64,000 bases of DNA, taken from NCBI GenBank assembly GCA_037442105.1, contig JBBIQV010000005.1, positions 1-64,000 of the forward strand, given 5' to 3'. The notes beneath the pieces are model-generated. The model saw nothing but the letters and a program-made list of their open reading frames with translations. It did no database searches and was not told the DNA's origin. Both the position numbers and the translations under genes were made by a program. Below are positions 11,734 to 23,600 of this stretch, one piece after another (position 1 is the first letter of the stretch; every line of letters starts with the position of its first letter). This DNA comes from Nitrospiraceae bacterium (lineage in GTDB: Bacteria; Nitrospirota; Nitrospiria; Nitrospirales; Nitrospiraceae).

Positions 11734-12477
11734 GTGGAGATCAGACTGCAAAAACTGATTGCCGGAACCGGTCTCGCGTCGCGGAGGAAGGCGGAACAGA
11801 TGATCGCCGAAGGTCACGTCGTGGTGAACGGCCGCGTCGTCCGGGAACTGGGCACGAAGGTGGATCCGTCCCGCGATCACGTGAAGGTGAACGGCCGGCA
11901 TCTCAAGGCGGCGCAGCCGTACGTGTATCTTATGTTGAATAAGCCCAAGAACGTCATGTCCACGTTGGACGATCCGGAAGGGCGGACGACCGTCAAAGAC
12001 TTTCTCCATGGCGTCAACCTGCGCGTTTTTCCCGTGGGGCGTCTGGACTTCGACAGCGAAGGGTTGATGCTGCTGACCAATCACGGCGACCTAACACAGG
12101 CCCTGTTGCATCCGCGCTACCACGTGCCGAAGACTTACCTGATCAAGGTAAAGGGCATGTTGACGGACGAGGAGATCGCAACCTTGCAGCAGGGCGTGCA
12201 ACTGGACGACGGAATGACGAGTCCGGCTCATGTGAAGAAGGTTCGGAAGGCAGAACAGAATTCCTGGCTGGAGATCACAATACACGAGGGACGCACACAT
12301 CAAGTGAAACGGATGCTCGATGCAGTAGGTCATCCGGTGTTGAAACTCGTGCGCGTGAAAATGGGACCCTTGTCGCTGGGCGATCTGGCGCCGGGCGAGT
12401 TCCGGTACCTCACGGATCGGGAAGCAAATGCGCTGCGCGCACTCGTGCGCGAGCGCACGGAAGGCGACAGGCCATGA
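11734..12477 (+). CDS. rluB: rRNA pseudouridine synthase (RluB/RsuA family)
   Basis: S4 domain [18 protein letters not shown], catalytic [23 protein letters not shown] start at 11734 chosen after AGGAAA. Confidence 0.88.
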   Translation: MEIRLQKLIAGTGLASRRKAEQMIAEGHVVVNGRVVRELGTKVDPSRDHVKVNGRHLKAAQPYVYLMLNKPKNVMSTLDDPEGRTTVKDFLHGVNLRVFPVGRLDFDSEGLMLLTNHGDLTQALLHPRYHVPKTYLIKVKGMLTDEEIATLQQGVQLDDGMTSPAHVKKVRKAEQNSWLEITIHEGRTHQVKRMLDAVGHPVLKLVRVKMGPLSLGDLAPGEFRYLTDREANALRALVRERTEGDRP

Positions 12478-14237
12478 AAATCAGAACCCATCGGTGCGGT
12501 GAGTTGAAGAAGGTGCATGTCGGCCAAGCCGTCGTCCTGAACGGGTGGGTCCAGCGGCGGCGGGACCACGGCAGTCTCATCTTTATCGACCTCCGCGATC
12601 GGACCGGGGTGACGCAAATCGTGTTCAATGCGGAGCGGAATCCCGACGTTCATCAAGCGGCGCATGGATTGCGGAGCGAATGCGTGGTGGCGGTAGGCGG
12701 GACGGTGGCTGCGCGGCCGGAGGAGTCTAGAAACCCCGATCTTCCGACAGGCGAGATCGAAGTGCTCGTCGATAGCGTGGAGATGTTGAACGAGGCGAAG
12801 ACCCCGCCCTTCCTGATCGAGGACGAGGCGGAGGTGACTGAGGCGATCCGGCTGAAGTATCGGTTCTTGGACCTGCGGCGTCCGAAGATGCAGCGGCTGC
12901 TCGGGCTTCGCCATGCCGTTATGCAATATGTGCGGACGTTCTTCAATGCCGAGGGCTTCCTCGAAGTGGAAACGCCGATGCTGACGAAGAGTACCCCGGA
13001 AGGAGCCAGGGACTATCTGGTGCCGAGCCGGGTGAATCCCGGCAGCTTTTACGCGTTGCCGCAATCGCCGCAGTTATTCAAGCAGGTGCTGATGGTCAGT
13101 GGAGTGGATCGGTACTATCAAATTGCGCGTTGTTTTCGAGACGAGGATTTGCGCAACGACCGCCAGCCGGAATTCACGCAGATCGACGTGGAAATGTCGT
13201 TCGTCGATCGCGAGCAGGTGATGGCCTTGATGGAGCGGATGATTGCGGGACTCTTCCGCGAGACGAGCGGCATTGTGCTGCCTACGCCGTTCCCCCGGAT
13301 GACCTATGCGGAGGCGATGGGGCGCTACGGGTCCGATAAACCTGATCTACGGTTCGGGATGCCGCTCCATGACGTGACGGCATTTGCCGGCAACAGCGAG
13401 TTCAAGGTCTTCAAGGACGCGGTGATGAAGGGCGGCATCGTCAAGGCACTGATCGTGAAAGGCGGCGTCACGATGGCCAGAAGCCGGATCGACGCGCTGG
13501 GCGAGACAGCCAAAAGCTTCGGCGCTAAAGGTCTGGCGTGGGTCAAGATCGTCGGCGAGAGGCAGCTCGAATCCGTGATCGCCAAGTTCCTCGATGCCAA
13601 GAGCCTGCTCGCAGCCCTACCCGACGCGCAGGTGGGCGATTTACTGCTGTTCGGGGCTGATAAGGCCGGGGTGGTGCATGACGTGTTGGGTCGATTGCGT
13701 CTGCTGCTGGGCGAGGAACTCACCTTGATCGACAAGAAAGCCTGGTGTCCGCTCTGGGTGACGGATTTCCCCCTGCTCGAATTCGACCAGGAATCGAAGC
13801 GCTACGTCGCCATTCACCATCCGTTCACGGCGCCGATGGATGATGACCTGCCTTTCTTTGAGTCGGAGCCGCTGAAAGTTCGCGCCAAGGCCTATGACAT
13901 GGTGCTGAACGGGAGCGAGATCGGGGGGGGGAGTATCCGTATTCACCGTCGCGATGTGCAAAGCAAAGTTTTCGATCTGCTTGGCATCGGCAAAGAGGAA
14001 GCGGCGGCGAAGTTCGGTTTCTTGTTGGATGCGCTCGAGTACGGCGCCCCGCCGCACGGCGGCATCGCATTCGGGCTCGACCGCCTCATCATGCTCCTCG
14101 GCGCGACCGACTCGATTCGCGATGTGATCGCCTTCCCCAAAACCCAAAGAGCGCAGTGCCCGATGACTGAAGCACCCTCGCCGGTCAGTCGTGATCAGCT
14201 ACAGGAATTGAAGATCAAGCTGGATCTGATCGAATAG
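12474..14237 (+). CDS. aspS: Aspartyl-tRNA synthetase, probably non-discriminating (Asp/Asn)
   Basis: [44 protein letters not shown] and [16 protein letters not shown] overlap with rluB. Confidence 0.97.
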   Translation: MKIRTHRCGELKKVHVGQAVVLNGWVQRRRDHGSLIFIDLRDRTGVTQIVFNAERNPDVHQAAHGLRSECVVAVGGTVAARPEESRNPDLPTGEIEVLVDSVEMLNEAKTPPFLIEDEAEVTEAIRLKYRFLDLRRPKMQRLLGLRHAVMQYVRTFFNAEGFLEVETPMLTKSTPEGARDYLVPSRVNPGSFYALPQSPQLFKQVLMVSGVDRYYQIARCFRDEDLRNDRQPEFTQIDVEMSFVDREQVMALMERMIAGLFRETSGIVLPTPFPRMTYAEAMGRYGSDKPDLRFGMPLHDVTAFAGNSEFKVFKDAVMKGGIVKALIVKGGVTMARSRIDALGETAKSFGAKGLAWVKIVGERQLESVIAKFLDAKSLLAALPDAQVGDLLLFGADKAGVVHDVLGRLRLLLGEELTLIDKKAWCPLWVTDFPLLEFDQESKRYVAIHHPFTAPMDDDLPFFESEPLKVRAKAYDMVLNGSEIGGGSIRIHRRDVQSKVFDLLGIGKEEAAAKFGFLLDALEYGAPPHGGIAFGLDRLIMLLGATDSIRDVIAFPKTQRAQCPMTEAPSPVSRDQLQELKIKLDLIE

Positions 14238-14450
14238 CCCGCCAAGGGAAGATTTGATTACGGCGCGCTTCCGCCCCCGTCCCCCTTCGCTGACTTTTCC
14301 TGAAATCAGTCGTGCCATATCTGTCTGCGAGGATTGAGTCTGTACGGCTCCTGAGGTGGGTCCATCCCCCCACTGTTATCGGGCCCTTGGAAGTGTAAAA
14401 TGGTACTGAGCCTCCAATCAAGAAAGGTCATCCTCACCAGGAGGTGTCCG

Positions 14451-14819
14451 ATGAAAGGACTGCTGATCCTACTCATGTGTGTGGGGAGTGTACTTGTCGG
14501 CTGTTCTCTGTTGATACCGCAAGAGACGACGTACTTGCGATCGGCTTTGAATCATGCAACGCAGGAGGAAGTTCGACAACGGATGGGCTCGCCCAGATAC
14601 ACAATATCCGCGCAGGCCGGCGAGTCGATCTGGATTTATCAGGTGCGTGAAGAAGAACCGGGCAGTCGCTGGACCTCGACGGGGCTGTGGTGCGACGAAT
14701 ATGTGCTCACGTTCGACAGTCAGGCGGTATTGCGGCGGTGGACGCACAAGTCGCACTTCCACGGCGGGGAACGCATGCCGATCTACTGTGTGCCCGGTGG
14801 CTTCCAAGCAGGGTCCTAA
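14451..14819 (+). CDS. Small lipoprotein, BamE/SmpA-like, paralog 1
   Basis: AGGAGG before ATG 14451; lipobox LVGC; ATQEEVRQRMGSP...WIY...YVLTFD pattern. Confidence 0.75.
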   Translation: MKGLLILLMCVGSVLVGCSLLIPQETTYLRSALNHATQEEVRQRMGSPRYTISAQAGESIWIYQVREEEPGSRWTSTGLWCDEYVLTFDSQAVLRRWTHKSHFHGGERMPIYCVPGGFQAGS

Positions 14820-14861
14820 CCCGCATTATTCATGAGCACTTCTGCTGTAATCGCGGAAGAT

Positions 14862-14930
14862 GAGTAGCTGGTAGCGAACAGCCGGAGAGAAAGAAGCCCT
14901 CTTGAGCTATGCGCTACTTGCTATTCGCTG
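14862..14930. repeat. Heptamer-repeat hairpin between the two lipoprotein genes
   Basis: gagtagctggtagcgaacagc ... gctatgcgctacttgctattcgctg. Confidence 0.7.
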
Positions 14931-15015
14931 ATTTCGCGACGAACCGTCATGAGTAATGCGGGCCAAGTCCGGAGAGATCGCGCGCAGTTATGTCCGAGTC
15001 CGGCAAGGGGGTGCT

Positions 15016-15390
15016 ATGAAGAGGTTCATAAGTATGCTTGTGACAGCGGGAATGATCACGTTTGGCTGTAGTGTCTTTATTCCGAAGGAGATGCGCTATC
15101 TCAGATCAGCGCAGAATCAAGCTACGCAAGATGAAGTGCGGCAGGAATTGGGCGAACCTCACTTGACGGCATCGACCCAAACGGGGGAGGCCGTATGGGT
15201 CTATGAAGTACGGGGACTTGAGCCAGGCAGTCAGAGTAGTTGGTCCGCGTTTGGCTCCTGGTGTGACGAATACGTGCTGACCTTCGACACACAAGGTACG
15301 CTGCGCCGCTGGACACACAAATCCCAGAAACACGGCGGCGAGACAATGCCGACATATTGCGTGGACGATGGATTCAGGTCTGCGTTCTGA
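15016..15390 (+). CDS. Small lipoprotein, BamE/SmpA-like, paralog 2
   Basis: Lipobox-like TFGC; shares WCDEYVLTFD..LRRWTHKS..HGGE.MP.YCV with paralog 1. Confidence 0.75.
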   Translation: MKRFISMLVTAGMITFGCSVFIPKEMRYLRSAQNQATQDEVRQELGEPHLTASTQTGEAVWVYEVRGLEPGSQSSWSAFGSWCDEYVLTFDTQGTLRRWTHKSQKHGGETMPTYCVDDGFRSAF

Positions 15391-15471
15391 GCTGTGACGG
15401 TCTCGCCTTCGCGGTTGGCCTCGATCAGGCCATTGAGGACAGGGTTCCGCACTTTTTGTGGCCAGCCCGAG

Positions 15472-16521
15472 TCAGCCCCCGCCAAGTGTAATGGGCAATG
15501 TCAGCTCGATGTCTTGCCGTAGCACGCGCAGCATGATCCGTTGCCCAGGTGTCGTGCGCTCGATCAGGTAGTTCTTGAGTTGAGCCGCATCAATAATATC
15601 GGTCCCATCAATCGCCAGAAGGATGTCGGTCTTCTGAATGCCGGCCGATTTCGCAGGTTCACTCACATCTCGCACAGCGATCCGCCACCGCGTCTCTACC
15701 TTGACCGCCATCATGTGAATGCCCAGCCTGGAGAAGGTCAACGGTTTGCCCTCCAGTGCTGCGTTTACGATCCGGTGGGCCAAGCGGCCGGGAACGGCAA
15801 AAGCAAATCGACTGCAATGGGCCTCCTCCGACTCCTTCTCGGTTTGGAGGATGGCGTGCATCACCCCCACGATCTCACCGGCGTTGTTGAATAGCCCGCC
15901 GCCGGAGTTTCCGCTGCATACCGAGAGGTCTGCCTGAAGAAGGCGGGTGTCCACGGTTTGGAGAAAAGTGTTGATGTTGCCGATCCGCCCGAACGCGATG
16001 GCCGGCCCCCAGCCAAGAGGGTAACCGACGGTAAAGACCTGATCGCCTGGCGCGACGTCGGCCTCTGCAAAAGCTGCGGTGGCGACCAGCGCGGCACGAT
16101 GTTTCTCGGCTATGCGATAGACGACGACATCCATGTATGCACTGTCTCCCTGTAATTCCGCGGGCAGTTCGTGTAAGTCCGTTGTCATTACGCTGATGCG
16201 CTTAGGAGCGACCTTCTGCCCCATCTCATTCCGCTCGACGGCATGCCTGGCTGTCACGATGTAACCGTCGCGTAAATGGAAACCGGTGCCGCGAATCGAG
16301 AAGCGGGTTTGGCGGTCGGTGTCTTTCGCTTCGCCGACCTCGTTCAGGATTCCTACCGTTGCGCGCTTGGCGCGCTCCAGTGCGTCGGCGAGTTGGGAAG
16401 AAGAGATAGAGTCGCCCTTTACCATTCCAGGGTTCAATTGGCACAGCAGGGCGACAAGCAGGGCCGTGAATCGCGTGTGCCGGCGCGCGGATTTCTTTTC
16501 TCGTGATGATGACATGGCCAT
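15472..16521 (-). CDS. Trypsin-like serine protease with one PDZ domain (HtrA/DegS-like)
   Basis: GTGF..IVTARH, GYPLG, CSGNSGGGLFN catalytic serine motif, C-terminal PAKSAGIQKTDILLAIDG PDZ; hydrophobic N-terminal segment. Confidence 0.88.
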   Translation of the reverse strand: MAMSSSREKKSARRHTRFTALLVALLCQLNPGMVKGDSISSSQLADALERAKRATVGILNEVGEAKDTDRQTRFSIRGTGFHLRDGYIVTARHAVERNEMGQKVAPKRISVMTTDLHELPAELQGDSAYMDVVVYRIAEKHRAALVATAAFAEADVAPGDQVFTVGYPLGWGPAIAFGRIGNINTFLQTVDTRLLQADLSVCSGNSGGGLFNNAGEIVGVMHAILQTEKESEEAHCSRFAFAVPGRLAHRIVNAALEGKPLTFSRLGIHMMAVKVETRWRIAVRDVSEPAKSAGIQKTDILLAIDGTDIIDAAQLKNYLIERTTPGQRIMLRVLRQDIELTLPITLGGG

Positions 16522-16924
16522 CCTTTCGTGAGCGGAGCCTCCAGTATAGTCCAGACCCCGACTGTTTGTTGCGAGCGTAAGTGAAAAGTTCAAAAATCGT
16601 CAGGTTTATGGACGGTGAATGGACGAGTTTATGCACTTGATGAGATGGGGTGAACCCTCCTTACGCGCCGATATTCTCGTGTGAAAGTAATTTCCCGCCG
16701 TTGAGAGAAATTCCTCAAAGTGCTTGTCAGAACGCAAGTTATTTCGGCATGGCCTTTGCTGGAGAACCGCCGTTCCCATCGTAGCCACTTTCGCATGTTG
16801 GCTCACACGATCCTGTCCATACTCCAAAATGCGCTGTGCATTTTGCTGAGAAACTTGCCAGATTTCCAGAACCATCTACACTTGGTGAATGCATCATCAA
16901 CGATTAAATCGCAAGGAGGACGGT

Positions 16925-17659
16925 ATGAGGTCACGAATCTCTGCGTTGAAGGTTGGCAGCGGGTTGCTGCTCTCCATCGTACTGTTCGCCGCACCACTCA
17001 AGGCAGCTGATGAAGCCGAAACAGCAGAGCTTCTCATCACCCTGCTCAAGGTGGGACGCGGCGTCGTCTCAGAACATCAGGCCCTGATTAACGACGCCGC
17101 CAAAGGAAATAAGGGATTCACCGATGAGTTTCTGGCAAGCCAGGTTATTGAGCGTTTCAAGAAGCAGACGAGGATCGATCTGAGCCGTCCGAGTGCGACT
17201 CCTCAGTCAGGGGTGCTGTTGAGCTTGCTCGAATCGGAAAAGGAAGTGGTGGCGGAAAGCCAGCCGGTCATCAACAAGCAGGGGGTTGCCTTCAAGGGGT
17301 TCTTGCCGGCGGTGTTTGCCAGGAAGTCGGGAGAAAAATTTTATCGGAAGACGGGTGTCCGTCTGAAATTGACAAGCCTCGACTACCGATTTCCAGGAAA
17401 CAAGCCGGACGACTTTGAATCTGAGGTCCTGAGAATGTTTGCCGACCCACGCCATCCGAAAGGGCAACAGTATACCAAGGCGACTATCGTCGGGGGGAAG
17501 CCGGTCCTGCGTGTGATGGACCCTGAGTACGCCGGAGCTTCCTGTCTGACTTGCCATGGGGGACCCAAGGGTGAGCGTGATGTCACCGGGATGAAGAAAG
17601 AAGGATGGAAGGAAGGGGAACTCGCGGGCGCCATCAGCTTAGTGATGCCCATGAAGTAA
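16925..17659 (+). CDS. Secreted monohaem c protein (DUF3365/Tll0287-like)
   Basis: Signal peptide ending LKA, NKPDDFE, CLTCH haem motif, G.K.GELAGAIS C-terminus; AGGAGG RBS. Confidence 0.8.
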   Translation: MRSRISALKVGSGLLLSIVLFAAPLKAADEAETAELLITLLKVGRGVVSEHQALINDAAKGNKGFTDEFLASQVIERFKKQTRIDLSRPSATPQSGVLLSLLESEKEVVAESQPVINKQGVAFKGFLPAVFARKSGEKFYRKTGVRLKLTSLDYRFPGNKPDDFESEVLRMFADPRHPKGQQYTKATIVGGKPVLRVMDPEYAGASCLTCHGGPKGERDVTGMKKEGWKEGELAGAISLVMPMK

Positions 17660-17743
17660 TTCGCTCGCTGGGCGTACCCCGGTAGGCGGAACGATCAAGA
17701 CAAGAATCGGTGACTGATCCAAAACGACAAGGAGGAACGAAAT

Positions 17744-18106
17744 ATGAGCAAGATCGTCGTCGTCGATGATTCCTATGCCGAGCTGCAAATGATCGAGGGA
17801 TATCTGAAATCGGTCAATCACTCCGTGGTGTCCTATCCGAACACCGACAAGCTCGAAGATAAGCTTGCAGCCGATAAGCCTGACTTGATTGTGTTGGATG
17901 TCGTCATGCCGGGACGGAACGGGTTTCAGACCTGTCGCGATCTCAAGAACGATGATCGATTCAAGAATATTCCCATTGTGTTATGCACGTCAAAGGGACA
18001 GGAGAGCGACAAGTTTTGGGGACAACAGCAAGGCGCGAACGGCTACGTCGTAAAGCCGTTCAAAGCGGAAGACCTTCTTGCTGCCGTCAAGCGGGCTCTG
18101 AACTGA
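17744..18106 (+). CDS. Single-domain CheY-like response regulator (PilH-like)
   Basis: VVDDS, LDVVMP, CTSK..ESDKFWG.QQGA.GYVVKPF. Confidence 0.92.
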   Translation: MSKIVVVDDSYAELQMIEGYLKSVNHSVVSYPNTDKLEDKLAADKPDLIVLDVVMPGRNGFQTCRDLKNDDRFKNIPIVLCTSKGQESDKFWGQQQGANGYVVKPFKAEDLLAAVKRALN

Positions 18107-18134
18107 TCTGAGCATAGAAGAGGGACGTCCCGCC

Positions 18135-18641
18135 ATGGGCTCCATAGAAACAGTTGCTAAACCGGATCAGGGACAAGCTTCCGATTCTCCTTCGACAACC
18201 ACGACCCCACTCCGTGTCTGTCTGATTAGTCTGGCCAATGAACTGTTCGCGATTGACCTGAGGAACGTGCGGGAGGTCTTTGAGGTCGAAGCGGTGACTC
18301 CGGTGCCCGGCATGCCACAGACATTGACCGGAGTGGCGAACCTCAGAGGAACCGTGATTCCACTTGCCGATCTTCGGTCGGCGCTCGGATTGTCCGTGAC
18401 CGGCCCGGACCCTCGGTATGCGGTGGTTCTCCGGCACGGGTCGCAGCAGGTCGGCGTATTGGTCGATACAGTACCGGAGATTCAAACGGTCCATCCTGAT
18501 GAATTTCTCGCCGCGCCAGCGCGGGGCGTCGACGGCTCTCGTCCATTTGTATCATCTATTCTGAGAATTGCCGATCGCATGAGTGGCGTCGTCGAGGTCC
18601 CGAGTCTGATGGCATGCGTGGAACAGGGAGGAAGATACTAG
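18135..18641 (+). CDS. cheW: CheW adaptor (PilI-like)
   Basis: FAIDLRNVREV, TPVPGMP..LTGVANLRGTVIPLADL and VGVLVD. Confidence 0.92.
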   Translation: MGSIETVAKPDQGQASDSPSTTTTPLRVCLISLANELFAIDLRNVREVFEVEAVTPVPGMPQTLTGVANLRGTVIPLADLRSALGLSVTGPDPRYAVVLRHGSQQVGVLVDTVPEIQTVHPDEFLAAPARGVDGSRPFVSSILRIADRMSGVVEVPSLMACVEQGGRY

Positions 18642-18741
18642 CTGGTTCGAGGGCTGCACGGCCGACATTTCCCATGAAGCACGTTCAACAATCGTACATC
18701 TCAACGGCGAAGCATCGCGCGCAGGCTAAAGGAGGGGAGCC

Positions 18742-20628
18742 ATGGCTCGGCAAAGTTCACCGAAGTGGAAGATAACCACGTGGTTTAACGACCTCAAGAC
18801 GTTGCCCAAGCTCATTTTGGGATTCTCGAGCGTGGGCGCCATCATGATCGTGGTCGGCATCATCGGCTTGTATGGGCTTCAACAGCTACGAGGCGAGCTG
18901 CGGACCATTTACGAAAGCTCGACGCTGGCTCTTGCGAACGTCGGAACGACCAGCACATACCTAGGTCTCTACCATGACGCGCTGCTGAGTGCCGGGCGAT
19001 CCACGAGAAAGTCCGAGTTTGACGACTCGATGCAGCCGCTGGCGGAACTCAAGCGGAAGGTGCAGGAGCCGCTCGCGATCTATTCCAGCTTGGAACTGCG
19101 CCAATCCTCCAGCGGTCGATCAGAATCGGGAGACCTCCAAGCCCTGCAGAAGGCCCTCAATACCTACTTTTCCGCAGCCGATGGTGCTCTGAGCGCCTAT
19201 GCCGATGCGTTTGCCCCAAACCTGGGTGACGAGCAGCGGCAAATGATGCGAGACCTCGGTACCCTGGCTCTGTCGGTCGAAGTCGCGAACAAGTACAACG
19301 CAGCCACCACGCGCGTGAACGAGCTGCTGACGACCATTCGAGAAGTTGCCAAGGACTTGAACGAAGCAGGGCAGGCGGAAGCGGACTATCGAACAAACGT
19401 CGTGCTCGCGGGCGCCGCACTGGCGCTCATTCTGGGCGCATTGATCGGGTTTCGGCTGGCGAAAGCGCTATCGGGCGGTATTGTTCACATCGCTCAGGTC
19501 GCTGAGCAAGCGGCTGCCGGCAACCTCCAAGCCCGCGCGAAGGTGGAGAGCGGAGACGAACTCGGCCAGATGGCCAAATCCTTCAACGCCATGCTTGACC
19601 GAATCACGACTCTGGTTCAGACGGAGGAAGAACGAGACATCATGCAAAAGCGACTCATGCAGTTCCTCGTGCTGGTCTCGGACGTAGGTAAAGGAGACCT
19701 GACTAAGCGAGGAGAAGTGACGGCCGACATGTTTGGAAACCTGGCGGATGGTTTCAATCTGATGTTGGGACGGTTCTCCCAGTTGATGAAACAAGTCCGT
19801 GAAGCGGCGGAAAAAGTAAACAAGTCAGCCGGCTCCTTGCGGGATTCAGCCGGACAGATGGCCGGCACAGCCAAACATCAGGCAGAGGAATCGGTCCGGA
19901 CGCTGAGTGCGGTCGAAGGGTTGGCCACATCCATGCGTCAAGTCGCCGAAACAGCGGGCGCGTCCTCCGAGAGCGCCAAGCAAGTGTTGCAAGCGACGGA
20001 GCGTGGTCGTGAAGCGGTGCAAGAGACGGTGGAAGACATGCAGAGCATTCGCGCTGCGGTGCAACGTATGTCGAAGCAGGTCAAGGCGCTTGGTGATCGG
20101 TCGTTGGAAATCTCACAAATCGTGTCGACGATCCGAGAAATCGCCAACCAAACCAACCTGTTGGCGCTGAACGCCGCCATCGAGGCCGCCGGAGCCGGCG
20201 AGGCGGGAGCGCGATTCGCAGTCGTCGCCGATCAGGTCAGAAAACTGGCCGAAAGCTCCACTCAGGCAACACGCGAAATCGCGGATCTGGTGAAAGTGAT
20301 TCAAACTGAAACCCAAGATGCCGTGGTCGCTATGGAACACGAAACCCAGGCCGTGGAAGCAGGCTCTGCCTCGGCGCTGAAAACCGGTGACGTGTTTAAG
20401 GAAATTTCGTCGATTGCCCAACGTTCTGCGGAGTTGGCGCAAAGCATCGCGAGCTCGGCAACCGAGCAAACTGCGTCAACCGATAAAGTCGGTCGATCGA
20501 TCAAAGACTTTACCGGCGGTGCGGTGGCGACCCAAAAAGCGACCGATGCAACACGCCATACGATCGAAGACATGGCGAAATTGGCCGAAGGTCTTACGGC
20601 GTCGGTCGCGCAATTTAAGGTGGCTTAG
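18742..20628 (+). CDS. Methyl-accepting chemotaxis protein (PilJ-like)
   Basis: Two transmembrane segments around a periplasmic helical domain, HAMP ([13 protein letters not shown]), hairpin tip [37 protein letters not shown]. Confidence 0.95.
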   Translation: MARQSSPKWKITTWFNDLKTLPKLILGFSSVGAIMIVVGIIGLYGLQQLRGELRTIYESSTLALANVGTTSTYLGLYHDALLSAGRSTRKSEFDDSMQPLAELKRKVQEPLAIYSSLELRQSSSGRSESGDLQALQKALNTYFSAADGALSAYADAFAPNLGDEQRQMMRDLGTLALSVEVANKYNAATTRVNELLTTIREVAKDLNEAGQAEADYRTNVVLAGAALALILGALIGFRLAKALSGGIVHIAQVAEQAAAGNLQARAKVESGDELGQMAKSFNAMLDRITTLVQTEEERDIMQKRLMQFLVLVSDVGKGDLTKRGEVTADMFGNLADGFNLMLGRFSQLMKQVREAAEKVNKSAGSLRDSAGQMAGTAKHQAEESVRTLSAVEGLATSMRQVAETAGASSESAKQVLQATERGREAVQETVEDMQSIRAAVQRMSKQVKALGDRSLEISQIVSTIREIANQTNLLALNAAIEAAGAGEAGARFAVVADQVRKLAESSTQATREIADLVKVIQTETQDAVVAMEHETQAVEAGSASALKTGDVFKEISSIAQRSAELAQSIASSATEQTASTDKVGRSIKDFTGGAVATQKATDATRHTIEDMAKLAEGLTASVAQFKVA

Positions 20629-20672
20629 CAGGCGGCGCGTTTCTTTTCGCCAGGTCGAGGAAGGAACGGTGT

Positions 20673-23600
20673 ATGAGCTCGGAATTTGATCGCCAGGCGC
20701 TGATCGACATTTTCGTGACGGAAGCCACCGACGGCATGGCCACCATATGGACGGCCTTGCATCCAGCAAATGGGGCCGTTCCCTCCCAGGAGGTGATGCA
20801 GGAACACTACATCGTCGCGCATCGGATACGAGGCGCCGCGGCCCTCTATGGATTTACGGCCGTCGCCAAGTTGAGCGAGTTGCTGGAAACACTGTTCGAG
20901 CAAGTTACAGCGATTGCCGAGCCCGATTGGCCTCGTGCAGTGGAGCTCCTTCGCGATCTTGTGAAGGTGTGCAGAGAGCAGGTGGATGCGATCGCACGAG
21001 AAGGGCAGGATGATCTGCGTATCGCGGAGAAGTGGTATGCCCGGTGTGCGGCCGGGCTCCCTCAACCAGGTGAGCTGGAGGCGGCTGGTTCGGCAGAGGC
21101 CTCCCTGTCTTCAGACTATCTTATTCCCCACTTGGACCCGGAGGTGTTGTCCTATTTTGCTCCGGAAGCGCAGGAATATGTGGAAGTCATGGAGACGCTT
21201 CTGGGTCGTCTCAAAGAGTCGCCGGAAGATCGGGAAAACATCCAGAAGTTGTTCAGAACGGCTCATACACTCAAGGGTTCGGCTAATACGGTCGGTTTTC
21301 AGGTGATCGGCGATGTTGCGTTGCCGATCGAAGATACGCTCGGGATCATCCGCGATAACCAGTTGGAGATTTCTCCGATTCTTCTGAAGCTCGTCGCCGG
21401 CGCGGTAGAAGTGATCCGAGTATTACTCAAACGTGACCCCGATAAGTTGGCGCAACTCCAGCATGATGTGCCGCTCATCACGGATGCGCTTAAACGGTTC
21501 CAGCGGGGAGAGGACGTCGAGTGTCCGACCATCGGGGTGCTCGCTACGGAGGCGATTTCAGTGCAGGGCCCGCAGGCGGTACTTCCGCCGCCACAAGAAC
21601 CTGTCCAAGCTCAAGTGGTCGAGTCGGCGGTGGTAGAGGCGCCTGTGGCGGATGACTATCTGATTCCCGATCTTGACGCGGAGGTGCTCTCCTACTTCGG
21701 GCCCGAGGCACAGGAGTATGTGGAGGCGCTCGAATCGCATTTGTTGCGACTCGAAAAAGAACCAGAGAACCTGGAGACGATCCATCAACTTTTCCGCACT
21801 GCTCACACTCTCAAGGGCTCAGCGTACACTGTCGGGTTCCAGGCGATCGGGGATCTGGTTCACCACATCGAAGATTTCATGGGCGCGGTGCGCGAAGGGC
21901 GCACGCGCGTAAGGCCCGGCGTAGCCGACTTGGTTCTGAAGGCGGTCGATCTTGTGAAGGTCCTTATGCGGCGAGATCATAGCCATGTGGGGAAGACCAG
22001 GAGCCGCTTCATGGCGGTGATGCGGGACCTCAAGAGGCTGGAACAAGGTTTGCCCCTGGAATCCGCGGCGCCTGCCGAGGTCGAAGACCCAGCTCGCAGA
22101 GCGGCTATTGCACAGTCGCAGGAGCAGCGACCACAGCAGGATGCTGACCCGACGAGGACTCATGAGGCGAAAGGGGGGGAAGAGCGAGAGGTCATCAGGG
22201 TCAGCCGGGACCGATTGGAGCGTCTGCTCAATCTCGTGGGAGAGCTGGTTATCGGTCGCGGCCGTTTGGAACAACGGCTGGTCATGCTGGAGCGGTTGTC
22301 GAGTCAGGTGCAGGCCTGCAAGACCCGTTTGCTGGACGCCGTCAGAAACTTCGAAGATAAACATGCTTTTACCTTCCCCACCGTTTCGAAGAGCGACAGC
22401 GAGTCGTCAGGGCCAACATTCGCCGGACTGAGCGACTTCGGTGCCCTGGAATTCGACAAGTATGACAACTTCAACATCCTCGCCAGACGAATCAGCGAGG
22501 TGACAGCCGACATCAGCGAATCCATGTCGCAATTGAGCGGGTCCATTCGACATGCGCATGAGGATATGGGCCAGCTCCAGCAATTGACATTGGGCATGCG
22601 GGATGAGATTGCGCGGGCGCGAATGGTTCCGATCGGCACCCCGTTTACCCGGTTCCGCCGCGCGGTCAGAGAAATGGTCCGAACGACGGGCAAGGAAGTC
22701 ACGTTAGTGACGTCCGGTGAACACACCGAAGTTGATACCAACGTCGTAGAGCGGTTGGTCGATCCGTTGATCCATTTGGTCAGAAATGCCGTCTATCACG
22801 GCATCGAGCCGGCGACTGTCCGTATCGCTAAGGGGAAACCGGCTAGCGGCGCCGTGTATCTGCATGCGGCGCACCGAGGCAATGCAGTCGTCGTCGAGGT
22901 GGAGGATGACGGCGCCGGGCTCGATCTCGAAAGGATTAAGGCGAAGGCGATTGCGCGGGGCTTGGTCCGGGCCGATGCCGCGGCTGGTCTCTCCGATGCC
23001 GATATCATCAAGTTCATCTTCATGCCAGGTTTTTCGACTGCCGAACAGGTCGGAGATCAGGCCGGTCGAGGGGTTGGCCTGGATGTCGTGAAGCGCGTGA
23101 TCGAGTCCATGAACGGGCATATCGAAGTGGAGTCGGTTCGTGACGTCGGCACCAAGTTCACCTTGCACCTCCCCTTAACTCTCTTGATCGCGACGGCGCT
23201 CATGGTGCGGGTAGGGAACGAGCGGTATGCTATTCCGCTGCCGTCCGTGCGTGAGGTCACGATGCCGTCAGCCGGATCCGTGCAGCGGGTCGGGGATCGC
23301 ACGTTGCTTCATCTCGGGGATGAGGCGATCGAAGTGCAATCCTTGCTAGGGCTGCTGAGGCGTGGTTCCGGCGCATCGGAAGGCGTCACGCCCATCGTGA
23401 TCGTACGGGCCGCGACCGGTCCACTCGGACTCGCGGTGGATGAATTGCTGGGACGCCAAGAAATCGTGATCAAGCCTCTTGGAGGGCTGAGGCCGCTTCA
23501 GCGGTCGTGTTTCGGCGGTGCGACGATCGATCCGGAAGGACGAGTGATCTTGGTGGTCGATGTCGGCCGTCTCACGGCCGGTCCTGCCCAGGAAGCAGCG

